The notes under the pieces were generated by a model. It saw nothing but the letters and a program-made list of their open reading frames with translations. It had not been told where the DNA came from and searched no databases. DNA of 34,845 nt from a virus: IMG/VR virus record IMGVR_UViG_3300000117_000006, one strand, 5' to 3'. Position numbers and translations under genes: made by a program. Positions 22,345-31,746 of the stretch are shown one piece after another (position 1 is the stretch's first letter; each line of letters opens with the position of its first letter).

Positions 22345-24493
22345 AAAGATAATAATTAGTGTTGAGTTCAAGGAAAAGGGAGCTAAAGCAACTATAGATA
22401 AAACTTCTGATTCAGTAGAAAACTTATCTTCTAAAGTTACTCTTTTAACGAAAGAACAGAAAGAGCAAATCATTACTGATGAAAAGTCCGCTATACAAAA
22501 AAGACAGTTAATAGCTAGCTTAAAGGCACAAGCAGCAGCAGAAATGGCTGCAACCACTTCTAGTAAAAATTTAAGAGCAACAAGCGGTCTTAATAATGCA
22601 ATACTTTTAGAAACATCTAGATTAGCTTCCGATGCCTCTTATGGATTTCAGGGTATCTCTAACAACTTGGGTCAGCTTATATCTTTATTACAGATATCGG
22701 CACAAAACGCTGGAGGATTTGGTGCTACATTAAAAGCACTAGGTAGAGATTTATTAGGTACTGGAGGTGTTTTAATTGGGATTCAACTTCTTATATCTTT
22801 CTTGCCAAAAATAGAAAAGCTGTTTAAGAAAAGTAAAACCGCTGTAGAGGAGGAAACAGAGGCTCTAAAAAAGAATAATGAAGAGATAACTAAAAATATA
22901 GCCAAAAGAAAACTTCTCGCTGGTCAAGTAGAAGAAATTGCAGATAGTTTTAGTGAGAATTTTATAGTTAACTTTAAGAATGGTCTTAATTTATTACAAT
23001 CAACAGATAAAGCCTTACAAGAAATTGCTTTTAGATTTGGAGAGATAGGAGTTAAAAATGCAGAAATAATAGAAGATGAGACTATTGCTAATGATGCTAG
23101 ATTAGAAATATCTTTTAGACTTCTTGATATATTTAGAGAAGAAAGTAAACAGAAAAAATTAAGGCTAGAGGAGGATAAGATACTTCAGAAAAGTCAAGAA
23201 GAGATTACCAAACAAGACGAATTAAATCTAAAGGATTTAGCACAAAGAATTATTGAATCTAGAACAGCGGTAGATGCCTTTCAAAAAGAAGTAGATAGGC
23301 TTCGTAAAAGAGGTGTGGTTCTTACTCCAGAAGATGAAGATGATACAGGTGCTGAATTAAGAAGATTTAAACAGAAACTTATAGACTTATCAAGACTACA
23401 ATTACAGTTTGATAAAGCTGCTGAAAAAGAAAAAGGTCTTAATGCTCAAGAATTATTAGATATAGATGAGGAATTTGCTATAAAAGAAGCTGATAGAAGA
23501 GTTGCTGTTTTTAGAGAAAGAGAGTCAAAAAGATTAGAGGAATTTAAGGAACAAGTAAAAGATAGAAATGATGCCAATGAGCTTATAGCAGATGCAGAAA
23601 GAGAATTTCAAGAATCTATAGTAGATGCGGAGCAAAAACATAAAAATGTTTTGCTGTCTATAGAAGAGGCTTTTATACAAAAAAGAATATCTTTAGCGGA
23701 TCGTGAGGGTAAGGCTATTAGTGAAATATACAGGGCTGTAGAGAATGAGGAAATCGAAAGGTTGAAATTCTCTTTAGATGCTAATCAAACATATTACGAC
23801 ACAAAACTAAATCAGGTTTCTAGCGATATAATAACAACACAGCAATTTATCGCAAATGCTGAAAAACTAAAATTATCTGAAGTTGATGTTGCTAATTTAA
23901 GAAAGGACTTTACATTCTTGAGAATGCAGCAAATAGATCTTGAGACACAAAAAGAGATAGATGCTGTTAACGAAAGAACTAGAATAAATTTAGAGTATGT
24001 AGCATTTGCTCAAGGCATATCTCAATTACTTGGAACTATAGCTGGTGAGAATGAAGCTATGCAAAAAGCTGCCTTAATAGTTGAAAAGGGAGCTGCAATA
24101 GCTGATGTAGTTATTAAAACACAACAAGCTAACGCTGGAGCTAGAGCTTTAGCTATGCTTAATCCTATAGGAGTAAGAGAAGCTTATCAAGTTGTTACTG
24201 AAAAACAAATAGCAAGAAATAACATCGGAGCTGGAATAGCTATAGCCAACATACTAGCAACTACTATATCTTCATTTAAGAAGCCTTCTGGAGGAGTAGG
24301 TGGAAGAGGAGCTGGGGCTAACGTACAGGTAGAAGCACCTGACTTTAATGTTGTGGGAGCATCCCCAGAATCGCAGTTAGCTGCTTCCGTAGCACAACAA
24401 CAAACACAACCTTTAAGAGCATTTGTTGTAGGAAAAGATATAACAAACCAACAAGAATTAGATCGTAATATTGCAACAACCGCAGGGTTATAA
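22331..24493 (+). CDS. Tail tape measure protein (720 aa)
   Basis: A long coiled-coil centre, with Gly/Ala-rich hydrophobic segments near both ends (GGFGATLKALGRDLLGTGGVLIGIQLLISF; GAGIAIANILATTISSF). Confidence 0.7.
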   Translation: MADTKKIIISVEFKEKGAKATIDKTSDSVENLSSKVTLLTKEQKEQIITDEKSAIQKRQLIASLKAQAAAEMAATTSSKNLRATSGLNNAILLETSRLASDASYGFQGISNNLGQLISLLQISAQNAGGFGATLKALGRDLLGTGGVLIGIQLLISFLPKIEKLFKKSKTAVEEETEALKKNNEEITKNIAKRKLLAGQVEEIADSFSENFIVNFKNGLNLLQSTDKALQEIAFRFGEIGVKNAEIIEDETIANDARLEISFRLLDIFREESKQKKLRLEEDKILQKSQEEITKQDELNLKDLAQRIIESRTAVDAFQKEVDRLRKRGVVLTPEDEDDTGAELRRFKQKLIDLSRLQLQFDKAAEKEKGLNAQELLDIDEEFAIKEADRRVAVFRERESKRLEEFKEQVKDRNDANELIADAEREFQESIVDAEQKHKNVLLSIEEAFIQKRISLADREGKAISEIYRAVENEEIERLKFSLDANQTYYDTKLNQVSSDIITTQQFIANAEKLKLSEVDVANLRKDFTFLRMQQIDLETQKEIDAVNERTRINLEYVAFAQGISQLLGTIAGENEAMQKAALIVEKGAAIADVVIKTQQANAGARALAMLNPIGVREAYQVVTEKQIARNNIGAGIAIANILATTISSFKKPSGGVGGRGAGANVQVEAPDFNVVGASPESQLAASVAQQQTQPLRAFVVGKDITNQQELDRNIATTAGL

Positions 24494-24504
24494 ATTACTT
24501 TAAT

Positions 24505-25842
24505 ATGAGAGTTATAGAATTACTAATAGACGAAGATGAATTGCTTTCTGGAATAGAAGCTATTTCGATTGTAGATCGACCAGCAATTCAAGAGAACTTT
24601 ATTGCATTAAGTGAGCAAACTAAATTAGAACTTGCTGAAGTTGATAAAGAGAAACGTATTCTTATGGGAGCTGCTTTAATCCCTAATAAGAATATCTATA
24701 GACAGGATGGTGAGGATGAATATTACATATACTTCTCTGAAGATACTGTAAGAAGAGCATCTGAACTATTTCTTATGAGAGGTAATCAGAACAAGTCTAC
24801 TTTAGAACACGAAGCAGAACTTCACGGTCTTTCTGTAGTTGAATCTTGGATTATAGAAGATGAGAAATACGACAAGTCTAGAAAGTATGATATGGAGCTC
24901 CCAGTCGGTACTTGGATGGTTTCAATGAAAGTGAATAACGATGAGGTTTGGAATAATTATGTTAAGACTGGATTGGTTAAAGGTTTCTCGATTGAGGGAT
25001 ACTTTACTGATAAGGTTAATATGGCGGAAATCGAAGAGGTTAGCGAGAGCGAAGCGAATGAGATACTTTTAGAACTAAAAGACTACCTCAACAGCAAAAT
25101 GTACAAACTAGCTACCTATAATGATTATCCTGATGGTGTTGTAAGTAATGCTAAAAGAGTATTAGAATATGTAGATAAGAATGGTTGGGGGTCTTGTGGG
25201 ACTGCCGTAGGGAAGCGTAGAGCCTCCCAGTTAGCCTCTAAATCCAATCTAACGGTATCTACGATAAAAAGGATGTACAGCTTCCTAGCTCGTCACGAAA
25301 AGGATTTAGAAGCCTCTAAAAGCTATTCTGATGGGTGTGGTAAATTGATGTATGATTCTTGGGGAGGAAAAGCAGGATTTAGATGGGCGAAGTCTAAACT
25401 AAAAGAACTAGGAGAAATAGATATGGCTGAAATAGGAGAAAGAGGCGGAGTAAAGTCATCTCCTAAAGCACCTGCATCAGATACTCCTAATAAGTCTCCA
25501 AAAGGCGAAGGAACAGCTAAAGGTAATGCAAAGGGTAAAACAGGAGCTAAAGTATCTGCTAAAGACAGAGCATCCTTAAAAAAAAAGTCTGATGAGTTCA
25601 ATAAGAAATACAAGGATAAGCTAGGATACGGTGTAACTGTAGGTGTTTTGTCAAGTGTGTTCCAGAGAGGATTAGGAGCTTTCAATACTAGCCATTCACC
25701 TAGAGTAAAATCAGCCTCTCAATGGGCTCACGCTAGAGTAAATGCTTATATGTATTTAGTCAAGAATGGTAGACCACAAAATCCAAAATATACAACTGAT
25801 TACGACTTACTACCAAAGAAACATCCAAAGAGTAAAAAATGA
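24505..25842 (+). CDS. XkdF-type prohead protease fused to a C-terminal conserved domain (445 aa)
   Basis: The N-terminus (SIVDRPAIQENF ... LMGAALIPN ... STLEHE ... VVESWIIED) matches the XkdF pattern. The C-terminal half carries GWGSCGTAVGKRRASQL ... FLARHEKD and a Lys-rich linker. Confidence 0.6.
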   Translation: MRVIELLIDEDELLSGIEAISIVDRPAIQENFIALSEQTKLELAEVDKEKRILMGAALIPNKNIYRQDGEDEYYIYFSEDTVRRASELFLMRGNQNKSTLEHEAELHGLSVVESWIIEDEKYDKSRKYDMELPVGTWMVSMKVNNDEVWNNYVKTGLVKGFSIEGYFTDKVNMAEIEEVSESEANEILLELKDYLNSKMYKLATYNDYPDGVVSNAKRVLEYVDKNGWGSCGTAVGKRRASQLASKSNLTVSTIKRMYSFLARHEKDLEASKSYSDGCGKLMYDSWGGKAGFRWAKSKLKELGEIDMAEIGERGGVKSSPKAPASDTPNKSPKGEGTAKGNAKGKTGAKVSAKDRASLKKKSDEFNKKYKDKLGYGVTVGVLSSVFQRGLGAFNTSHSPRVKSASQWAHARVNAYMYLVKNGRPQNPKYTTDYDLLPKKHPKSKK

Positions 25843-26210
25843 GAAGAAGAAAAAACGCTACAGTATCTAGATCATCTCCAAGAGGAGGAAAGAGAGGATG
25901 TCTTTGTCCAGATGGTAAAACATACTCTTCTAAATGCTGCGATGGTACTTTAGAAGCTCAAGGTATTGGGAATATAACTAAATCAACTACAACTTACTAC
26001 TATAATATCCAGTTATGTGGTCATAGTCAACATAAAGAGGTTTATATCGAAGATGTAGAGCTTACTATAGGTAATGTTTACTATTTTGATTTTACTTACA
26101 ATGGTCATAGTGGATGTTATACTGTTCTTGCTACAAAAACATCAGCAGAACATAAAATAAGTTCTGTTACTGCTTATAATGATTGTGACGCTTGTACAGC
26201 AGCAAACTAA
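25839..26210 (+). CDS. Cys-rich small protein (123 aa)
   Basis: ATGA coupling. It has nine Cys, including CLC, CC and CDAC, and a basic N-terminus. Confidence 0.5.
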   Translation: MRRRKNATVSRSSPRGGKRGCLCPDGKTYSSKCCDGTLEAQGIGNITKSTTTYYYNIQLCGHSQHKEVYIEDVELTIGNVYYFDFTYNGHSGCYTVLATKTSAEHKISSVTAYNDCDACTAAN

Positions 26211-26263
26211 AAACCTAACACTTAATTTACAACAAATTACTTTTATAAACCTTAATAATTATT

Positions 26264-26803
26264 ATGAGTGCGACAACTATTTTAAATGAGATTCTCCAAA
26301 AGTTGTCAAATCTTTCAGAAGAACAGCCTAACCTAGAGCAGCTTTCAGAGCAAGAAGTTCAAGAGGAGGTTGTAGAAGCTGTAAGTGAGACAACAGAGGA
26401 AGTTACAGAGGAAACTACTACCGAGTTGTCTGAAGAAGTCGCTACCGAAGAAGCTCCTGAAGTTTCAGAAGTAGAAGCATCCGAAGATGAGTTGGAGGCA
26501 GAAGAAGAAACACAACTTGAAAAAGGATATGTTTCGGAGGAAAAGTATATGGCAGATATGGGGGCTATGAAAGCTGAAATTGAAGCTATCAAGAAAATGA
26601 TTGACGAAGAGATGGGTTATATGAAGAAAGAGAAAGAAGCTTTATCAGAGCAAGTAAAAGAACTTTCTAAAGAACCTGCTGCTGAAGCAATCAAACACAA
26701 CCCAGAAGAGTCTAATCCAAGAAGGTTTGATTTCCAGTATGGGCAAAATAAACCCCAGAACACTTTTGACCGTGTGATGGCTAGAATAAGTAACAATAAA
26801 TAA
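26264..26803 (+). CDS. Scaffolding protein candidate (179 aa)
   Basis: It is extremely acidic (Glu-rich) and helical, and lies immediately upstream of the major capsid gene. Confidence 0.55.
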   Translation: MSATTILNEILQKLSNLSEEQPNLEQLSEQEVQEEVVEAVSETTEEVTEETTTELSEEVATEEAPEVSEVEASEDELEAEEETQLEKGYVSEEKYMADMGAMKAEIEAIKKMIDEEMGYMKKEKEALSEQVKELSKEPAAEAIKHNPEESNPRRFDFQYGQNKPQNTFDRVMARISNNK

Positions 26804-26822
26804 ACGTCTAAATTAAATAAAA

Positions 26823-27776
26823 ATGGCTACTACTACTTCAATTACTACTACCTATGCTGGTGAGTTTGCAGGTCAATATATTGCTGCTGCCTTACTAGAA
26901 GGTGCTACCATCGCTAACGGTGGTATCACAGTAAAACCAAATGTGAAGCTAAAAGAGGTAATCAAGAAAGTGTCTTCTGACGATATCGTTAAGGATGCTA
27001 CTTGTGATTTCTCTGCTACTTCTACTTTGACTCTTACTGAAAGAATTCTTCAACCAGAAGAACAACAAGTGAATTTACAACTTTGTAAGAAAGATTTCGT
27101 ATCTGACTGGGAAGCTGTACAAATGGGATACTCTGCATTTAGCGACTTACCTCCTGCATTTAGTGATTTCTTAATCGCTCACGTTGCAGCTAAAGTTGCT
27201 CAAAGAACAGAGAATTCAATCTGGACAGGAGATACTTCTAACAACGGACAGTTTAACGGTCTTACTACTCAAATTGCATTAGATGCTGACCTACCTGCTG
27301 GACAAGAAGTTGCAGGAGCTACAGTAACATCTTCTAATGTTGTTGCTCAATTAGGATCTATCGTAGACGCTATCCCTTCTGCACTTTACGGAAGTGAGGA
27401 TTTATATGTGTATGTTTCTCAAAATATCGCTAGAGCTTATGTAAGAGCTTTAGGTGGATTTGGAGCTTCAGGATTAGGTGCTGCTGGTACAAACAATCAA
27501 GGTACTCAATGGTGGAATAACGGATCATTATCTTTTGATGGTGTTAAATTATTTGTTGCCAATGGTCTTGCTGACAACACAGCCGTAGCTGCTGAAAAAT
27601 CTAACTTATTCTTTGGTACAGGTCTACTTTCTGACCATAACGAAGTAAAAGTTATCGATATGGCTGATCTTGATGGTTCTCAAAATGTGAGAGTCGTAAT
27701 GAGATTTACTGCTGGTGTACAGTATGGTATTGTTTCTGACATCGTAACTTACGGTATCACTAACTCTGCTAACTAA
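26823..27776 (+). CDS. Major capsid protein (HK97-fold type)
   Basis: Size, composition, position after the scaffold, and an N-terminal TTYAGEFAGQYIAAALLEG ... TERILQP pattern typical of such capsid proteins. A terminator follows. Confidence 0.8.
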   Translation: MATTTSITTTYAGEFAGQYIAAALLEGATIANGGITVKPNVKLKEVIKKVSSDDIVKDATCDFSATSTLTLTERILQPEEQQVNLQLCKKDFVSDWEAVQMGYSAFSDLPPAFSDFLIAHVAAKVAQRTENSIWTGDTSNNGQFNGLTTQIALDADLPAGQEVAGATVTSSNVVAQLGSIVDAIPSALYGSEDLYVYVSQNIARAYVRALGGFGASGLGAAGTNNQGTQWWNNGSLSFDGVKLFVANGLADNTAVAAEKSNLFFGTGLLSDHNEVKVIDMADLDGSQNVRVVMRFTAGVQYGIVSDIVTYGITNSAN

Positions 27777-27798
27777 TAAATTCATTAACTAACTTAAA

Positions 27799-27833
27799 GG
27801 GTGGGTGAGCCTAGAGCCTACCTGCCCTTTTTT
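27799..27833 (+). terminator. Rho-independent terminator after the capsid gene
   Basis: GGGTGGGTG (27799-27807) pairs with TACCTGCCC (27819-27827), including G-U pairs, followed by TTTTTT. Confidence 0.65.
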
Positions 27834-27846
27834 AATACTTATAATT

Positions 27847-28395
27847 ATGGCTTGTGATTTAACTGGAGGAAGAGCGAAACCTTGTAAGGATGCTGTTGGT
27901 GGTATTAGAAAGATTCATTTTGTTGACTTTGGCGATTTAGGGGGTATTACTCTTACTGATGACGAAGTAACAGATATGGATGGGACTTTTAGCTACCACA
28001 CATACGATGTAAAAGGGAACTCTTCTTTAGAAACTAATATTCAGACTTCTTTAGAGAATGGTACAACATTCTTTGAGTCTGTAGTAAATTTAACTCTACA
28101 CAAACTAACAAAAGAGGATAACAAAGAGCTTAAATTAATGGCTTTTGGTAGACCTCACGTTTTCGTAGAGACTTTTGATGGGAGCTTACTTTTAGTAGGT
28201 AGAGAACACGGTGCTGAAGTTACTGGAGGAACAATGGTAACTGGAACTGCGATGGGAGACCTTCAGGGATACACTTTGACTCTTACTGCAAATGAAGTAA
28301 CACCTCCTAACTTTGTTTCTGGAGCTACTGCTGCTGATCCATTCGCTGGGATGAATGGAGCAACTGATTCCGATTCGACTCAAAGAACTCCCTAA
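27847..28395 (+). CDS. Major tail (tube) protein candidate (182 aa)
   Basis: ATG 27847 is preferred over the GTG at 27805, which lies inside the terminator hairpin. The MACDLTGGRAKPCKDAVGGIRKIHFV start and Thr/Gly-rich beta pattern fit. Terminators on both sides suggest high expression. Confidence 0.5.
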   Translation: MACDLTGGRAKPCKDAVGGIRKIHFVDFGDLGGITLTDDEVTDMDGTFSYHTYDVKGNSSLETNIQTSLENGTTFFESVVNLTLHKLTKEDNKELKLMAFGRPHVFVETFDGSLLLVGREHGAEVTGGTMVTGTAMGDLQGYTLTLTANEVTPPNFVSGATAADPFAGMNGATDSDSTQRTP

Positions 28396-28416
28396 TACAA
28401 TATAGGGTGCTGAATT

Positions 28417-28441
28417 AAGGGGCTTTATGCCCCTTTTTTTG
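28417..28441 (+). terminator. Rho-independent terminator
   Basis: AAGGGGC / GCCCCTT stem, loop TTTAT, then a T run. Confidence 0.75.
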
Positions 28442-28484
28442 TATCTTGTAAAAACAAAACGACTGTCGTTTAGTTATTTTGTAT

Positions 28485-28826
28485 ATGAATATATTACCAA
28501 CAACAGGGAGTCAAGTTCTTAAAATTATACCTCGTAAAGATGCGAGTGACCCAGTTATTAAACTAACTAATAAGGACACCAACAAAACAGTTACTGTTAC
28601 TCCAACAAAGACTGATGAAGGACAATATATGGTTCTTACAGGAACATTCACTTTAACAGTAGATACTTTATATAGATATAGCGTAGAAGTATCTGCTTCT
28701 GATGACGAAGAGATTTATAGAGGATTGATATTCGCTACGAATCAAAGTAATCTAGAGAAGTACTTTGTTAATGAGAATGTATATACAGAAGAGGACAGTT
28801 ACGATAATGAATTTATTATACTATAA
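28485..28826 (+). CDS. Small beta-rich virion-associated protein (113 aa)
   Basis: ATG 28485 is preferred over the TTG at 28479. It has a TAATG overlap with the portal gene. Confidence 0.45.
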   Translation: MNILPTTGSQVLKIIPRKDASDPVIKLTNKDTNKTVTVTPTKTDEGQYMVLTGTFTLTVDTLYRYSVEVSASDDEEIYRGLIFATNQSNLEKYFVNENVYTEEDSYDNEFIIL

Positions 28827-30055
28827 TGGGAAGAAGAATACCAAATAGAAAACCTCAACCACTACCAAAGCCTAAAGATGGCATTCACGTTGTTAGCCTA
28901 TCTAGCTACACAGCTCCAGAAGTTGTTGAATCTAAAAAATACGATTGGGTAGGATATGGTGATGACAATATGTACTTTCAATATCTTATAGATAGATATA
29001 ATGGGTCTCCAACAAATAATGCTGCCGTAAATGGAATATCTGAAATGATATATGGGAAAGGATTGGAAGCTACCGATTCAGAAAGTAAACCTGCCGAGTA
29101 TGAAAAGATGAAAAGTCTATTCAACAAAGACTGTATGAAAAAGGTTTGTTACGACTATAAAATGATGGGTCAAGCAGCAATCCAAATAATCTATTCTAAA
29201 GACCATTCAGAGATTGTAGAAGCCTCACATATACCTATAGAGACGTTAAGGGCGGAGAAGGCTTTAGATGGCGAAATAAAGGCATATTATTATGCTCCTG
29301 ATTGGAGTGAGGTAAAGCCTAATGATAAACCAAAGAGAATATCGGCTTTTGGGATGAGTAAAGATGGTATTGAAATACTATATATCAGACCTTATAGAGC
29401 AGGGTATTATTATTACTCCCCAGTTGATTATCAAGGAGGGCTACAGTACGCTGAATTAGAGGAAGAGATAGCTAACTACCATATAAGCAATATACAGAAT
29501 GGACTACAGCCAAGTATGTTGATTAACTTCAATAATGGTACTCCAGATAAGGAGCAACGTGATATGATTGAAAGAGCAATCTACGAGAAGTTTAGTGGGA
29601 GTAGCAATGCTGGTAAGTTTATACTAGCCTTTAACGATAGTAAAGAATTAGCTGCAACTGTAGATCCTATTATACTAAACGATGCTCATCAACAGTATCA
29701 GTTCCTTTCTGATGAGAGTATGAAAAAGGTAATGGTTTCCCATAGAATAGTTTCTCCGATGTTAGTTGGTATAAAAGACAATAGCGGTCTGGGAAACAAC
29801 GCAGAGGAGCTCCAAACAGCATCTCTACTTATGGATAATACTGTTATTAGACCGATGCAAGTTACAATACTAGATGAGTTAGAAAAGATATTAGAATTTA
29901 ACGGTATTAATCTAGATATCTATTTCAAGACATTACAGCCTCTAGAATTTACTGATTTAACAAACGCTATTAGCGACTCTGAAATAGAAAAAGAAACTGG
30001 AGTAAAAAGAGATGTTGAAGAAACGATTGATGAACAAATAGAAGAACAAGAATAA
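28826..30055 (+). CDS. Portal protein
   Basis: VGYGDDNMYFQYLIDRYNGSPTNNAAVNGISEMIYGKGL matches the conserved N-terminal portal block. The size and acidic C-terminus also fit. Confidence 0.7.
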   Translation: MGRRIPNRKPQPLPKPKDGIHVVSLSSYTAPEVVESKKYDWVGYGDDNMYFQYLIDRYNGSPTNNAAVNGISEMIYGKGLEATDSESKPAEYEKMKSLFNKDCMKKVCYDYKMMGQAAIQIIYSKDHSEIVEASHIPIETLRAEKALDGEIKAYYYAPDWSEVKPNDKPKRISAFGMSKDGIEILYIRPYRAGYYYYSPVDYQGGLQYAELEEEIANYHISNIQNGLQPSMLINFNNGTPDKEQRDMIERAIYEKFSGSSNAGKFILAFNDSKELAATVDPIILNDAHQQYQFLSDESMKKVMVSHRIVSPMLVGIKDNSGLGNNAEELQTASLLMDNTVIRPMQVTILDELEKILEFNGINLDIYFKTLQPLEFTDLTNAISDSEIEKETGVKRDVEETIDEQIEEQE

Positions 30056-30558
30056 TGGCTACTGCACTATTTATAAAAAGAGCTGATTTGGTAAGGAATA
30101 CTGCATTAAGTGGTAATGTAGATCCTGATAAATTCTTACAGTTTATAAAACTAGCTCAAGAAATCCACGTTAGAAATTATCTAGGGACTGACTTATATGA
30201 TAAAATATCTAGTGATATTATTGATGATGATTTAAGTGGAGATTATTTATCATTAGTCAATGACTATGTTCAGCCGATGTTAATTCATTATGCTATGGCG
30301 GAGTATTTACCTTTTGCAGCATATACTATCGGTAATGGAGGAATATACAAACATAATAGTGAGAATTCAACACAACCAGAGAAAAACGAAATAGATTCAC
30401 TTATTGCGAAGGAGAGAGATTACGCTCAATACTATACCGATAGATTTATTGACTATATGAGCTTTAATGCTCCTAGTAAGTTTCCAGAGTACTATAGTAA
30501 CAATAATGAGGATATTTATCCTGATAAGGATAGCACCTATTCAGGTTGGGTTTTATGA
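30055..30558 (+). CDS. Head-tail connector / head completion candidate (167 aa)
   Basis: TAATG coupling to the portal gene. The helical pattern FLQFIKLAQEIHVRNYLGTDLY is typical of adaptor proteins. Confidence 0.4.
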   Translation: MATALFIKRADLVRNTALSGNVDPDKFLQFIKLAQEIHVRNYLGTDLYDKISSDIIDDDLSGDYLSLVNDYVQPMLIHYAMAEYLPFAAYTIGNGGIYKHNSENSTQPEKNEIDSLIAKERDYAQYYTDRFIDYMSFNAPSKFPEYYSNNNEDIYPDKDSTYSGWVL

Positions 30559-30674
30559 AGAAACAATATAAAGTAAAGAAAGATAACGAAATCAAGTTAA
30601 ATAGTTATCTTAAAAAGAGTAATAATGAGCTGGGGAAAGATATACGAAACAACTCATTTCGGAGAAATAAATAA
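30555..30674 (+). CDS. Possible Lys-rich micro-protein (39 aa)
   Basis: It has an ATGA overlap, but it also overlaps the better-supported ORF at 30625 by 50 nt. Confidence 0.15.
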   Translation: MKKQYKVKKDNEIKLNSYLKKSNNELGKDIRNNSFRRNK

Positions 30675-30798
30675 TAGTATAGGTTGGGGTGATATCTATG
30701 AGACTATCGTCAGCACCTTCGCTAGAGCTTTAGCTAGTACGACAAATATATTTGCCGATGCTATTAATTATCTAGCGAGTAATTTTTTTAGTGAATAA
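30625..30798 (+). CDS. Small protein (57 aa) with SWGKIY..T.FGE / IGWGDIY motifs
   Basis: ATG 30625 to TAA 30796-30798. It is related by motif to the next ORF. Confidence 0.45.
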   Translation: MSWGKIYETTHFGEINNSIGWGDIYETIVSTFARALASTTNIFADAINYLASNFFSE

Positions 30799-30902
30799 TG
30801 GCAAATACAATAAGTTGGGCGGTATCGTATTGTAGTAGTTGGTGGGGTAGTAACTCTAACCAATCTACTGTAGATATAGATTCTAAACCGCCTTGTCTAT
30901 AA
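30798..30902 (+). CDS. Small protein (34 aa) with SWAVSYCSSWWG motif
   Basis: TAATG coupling, and a Trp/Gly motif shared with 30625..30798. Confidence 0.4.
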   Translation: MANTISWAVSYCSSWWGSNSNQSTVDIDSKPPCL

Positions 30903-30918
30903 TTAATAATAATAAGAA

Positions 30919-31746
30919 ATGGCTAAACAAAGTGTAGGAATTGGTAGTGCTGCAAATGATGGAACAGGTGATCCGTTAAGAACCGCATTTGATAAGATTA
31001 ACGACAATACAGATGAATTATATACCCTGTTAGGTGATGGGAATACATTGTCTATATCTGGGGACATAAGTGTAAGTGGAGGATTAGTAACTATAGCTGA
31101 CGATGCAATCACGGAGTCAAACCTTGATGTCACTAATTCACCTGTAGATGGGTATGTACTAACTTACGACTCTTCCTCAAGTGGGTTTACTTGGGAGCAA
31201 AAGTTTGATGGGGATATCACAGGTATTGTTGCAGGTAATGGACTTACAGGTGATGCTACTTCTGGAGATGCCTCTTTAGCTGTTGGAGCAGGTACAGGTA
31301 TTACAGTAAATGCTAATGATGTTCAGATTGCAGATGGTGGAGTAGATACTTTACAGCTAGCAGCAGATGCAGTAGATGGAACAAAAATAGCTGATGATGC
31401 TGTAGACCACGACCAATTAGCAAATAGATACACAGCCTCTAGTGCTGTAACTTCAGCAACTTCAATAACTATAGACACTTCATCAGCAGATATATTTACT
31501 TGGACAGCAGGTCATTCTACTACAGTAGCTTTTACAAATGTAAAAATAGGTTCTACTTGTGTTCTAGCAGTTACAGGTGGTGGTTCTAGCTACACATTAG
31601 CACTAGGTAATATAAACGGTTCGGCAGGTACATTCAATAGATTAGGGGGTACTTATGATGACACCTCATCTACAAAGAACCTAATAGAATTTAAATTTAT
31701 ATCAACATCAGAGGCTTGGTATCAAATCTCACAAATAGCATCATAA
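30919..31746 (+). CDS. Tail fibre protein (275 aa)
   Basis: The N-terminal GSAANDGTGDPLRTAFDKINDNTDELY motif is common to phage fibre and spike N-termini. Repeated ADDA(I/V) ... (Q)L segments follow. Confidence 0.65.
   Translation: MAKQSVGIGSAANDGTGDPLRTAFDKINDNTDELYTLLGDGNTLSISGDISVSGGLVTIADDAITESNLDVTNSPVDGYVLTYDSSSSGFTWEQKFDGDITGIVAGNGLTGDATSGDASLAVGAGTGITVNANDVQIADGGVDTLQLAADAVDGTKIADDAVDHDQLANRYTASSAVTSATSITIDTSSADIFTWTAGHSTTVAFTNVKIGSTCVLAVTGGGSSYTLALGNINGSAGTFNRLGGTYDDTSSTKNLIEFKFISTSEAWYQISQIAS

Noticed and set aside
27805-27846. GTG start at 27805 for the tail tube gene, and similarly TTG 31716, GTG 15148 and TTG 28479 for their genes
   Set aside because: The 27805 start falls inside the terminator hairpin that follows the capsid gene. 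In the other three cases an in-frame ATG placed at or just after the upstream stop (31746, 15172, 28485) fits the coupling pattern of the genome better.
28457-28471. Palindrome AAACGACTGTCGTTT between the tail tube terminator and the next gene
   Set aside because: It is a single 7-bp-arm inverted repeat with no second copy elsewhere. It could be an operator or a small hairpin, but the evidence is too thin.
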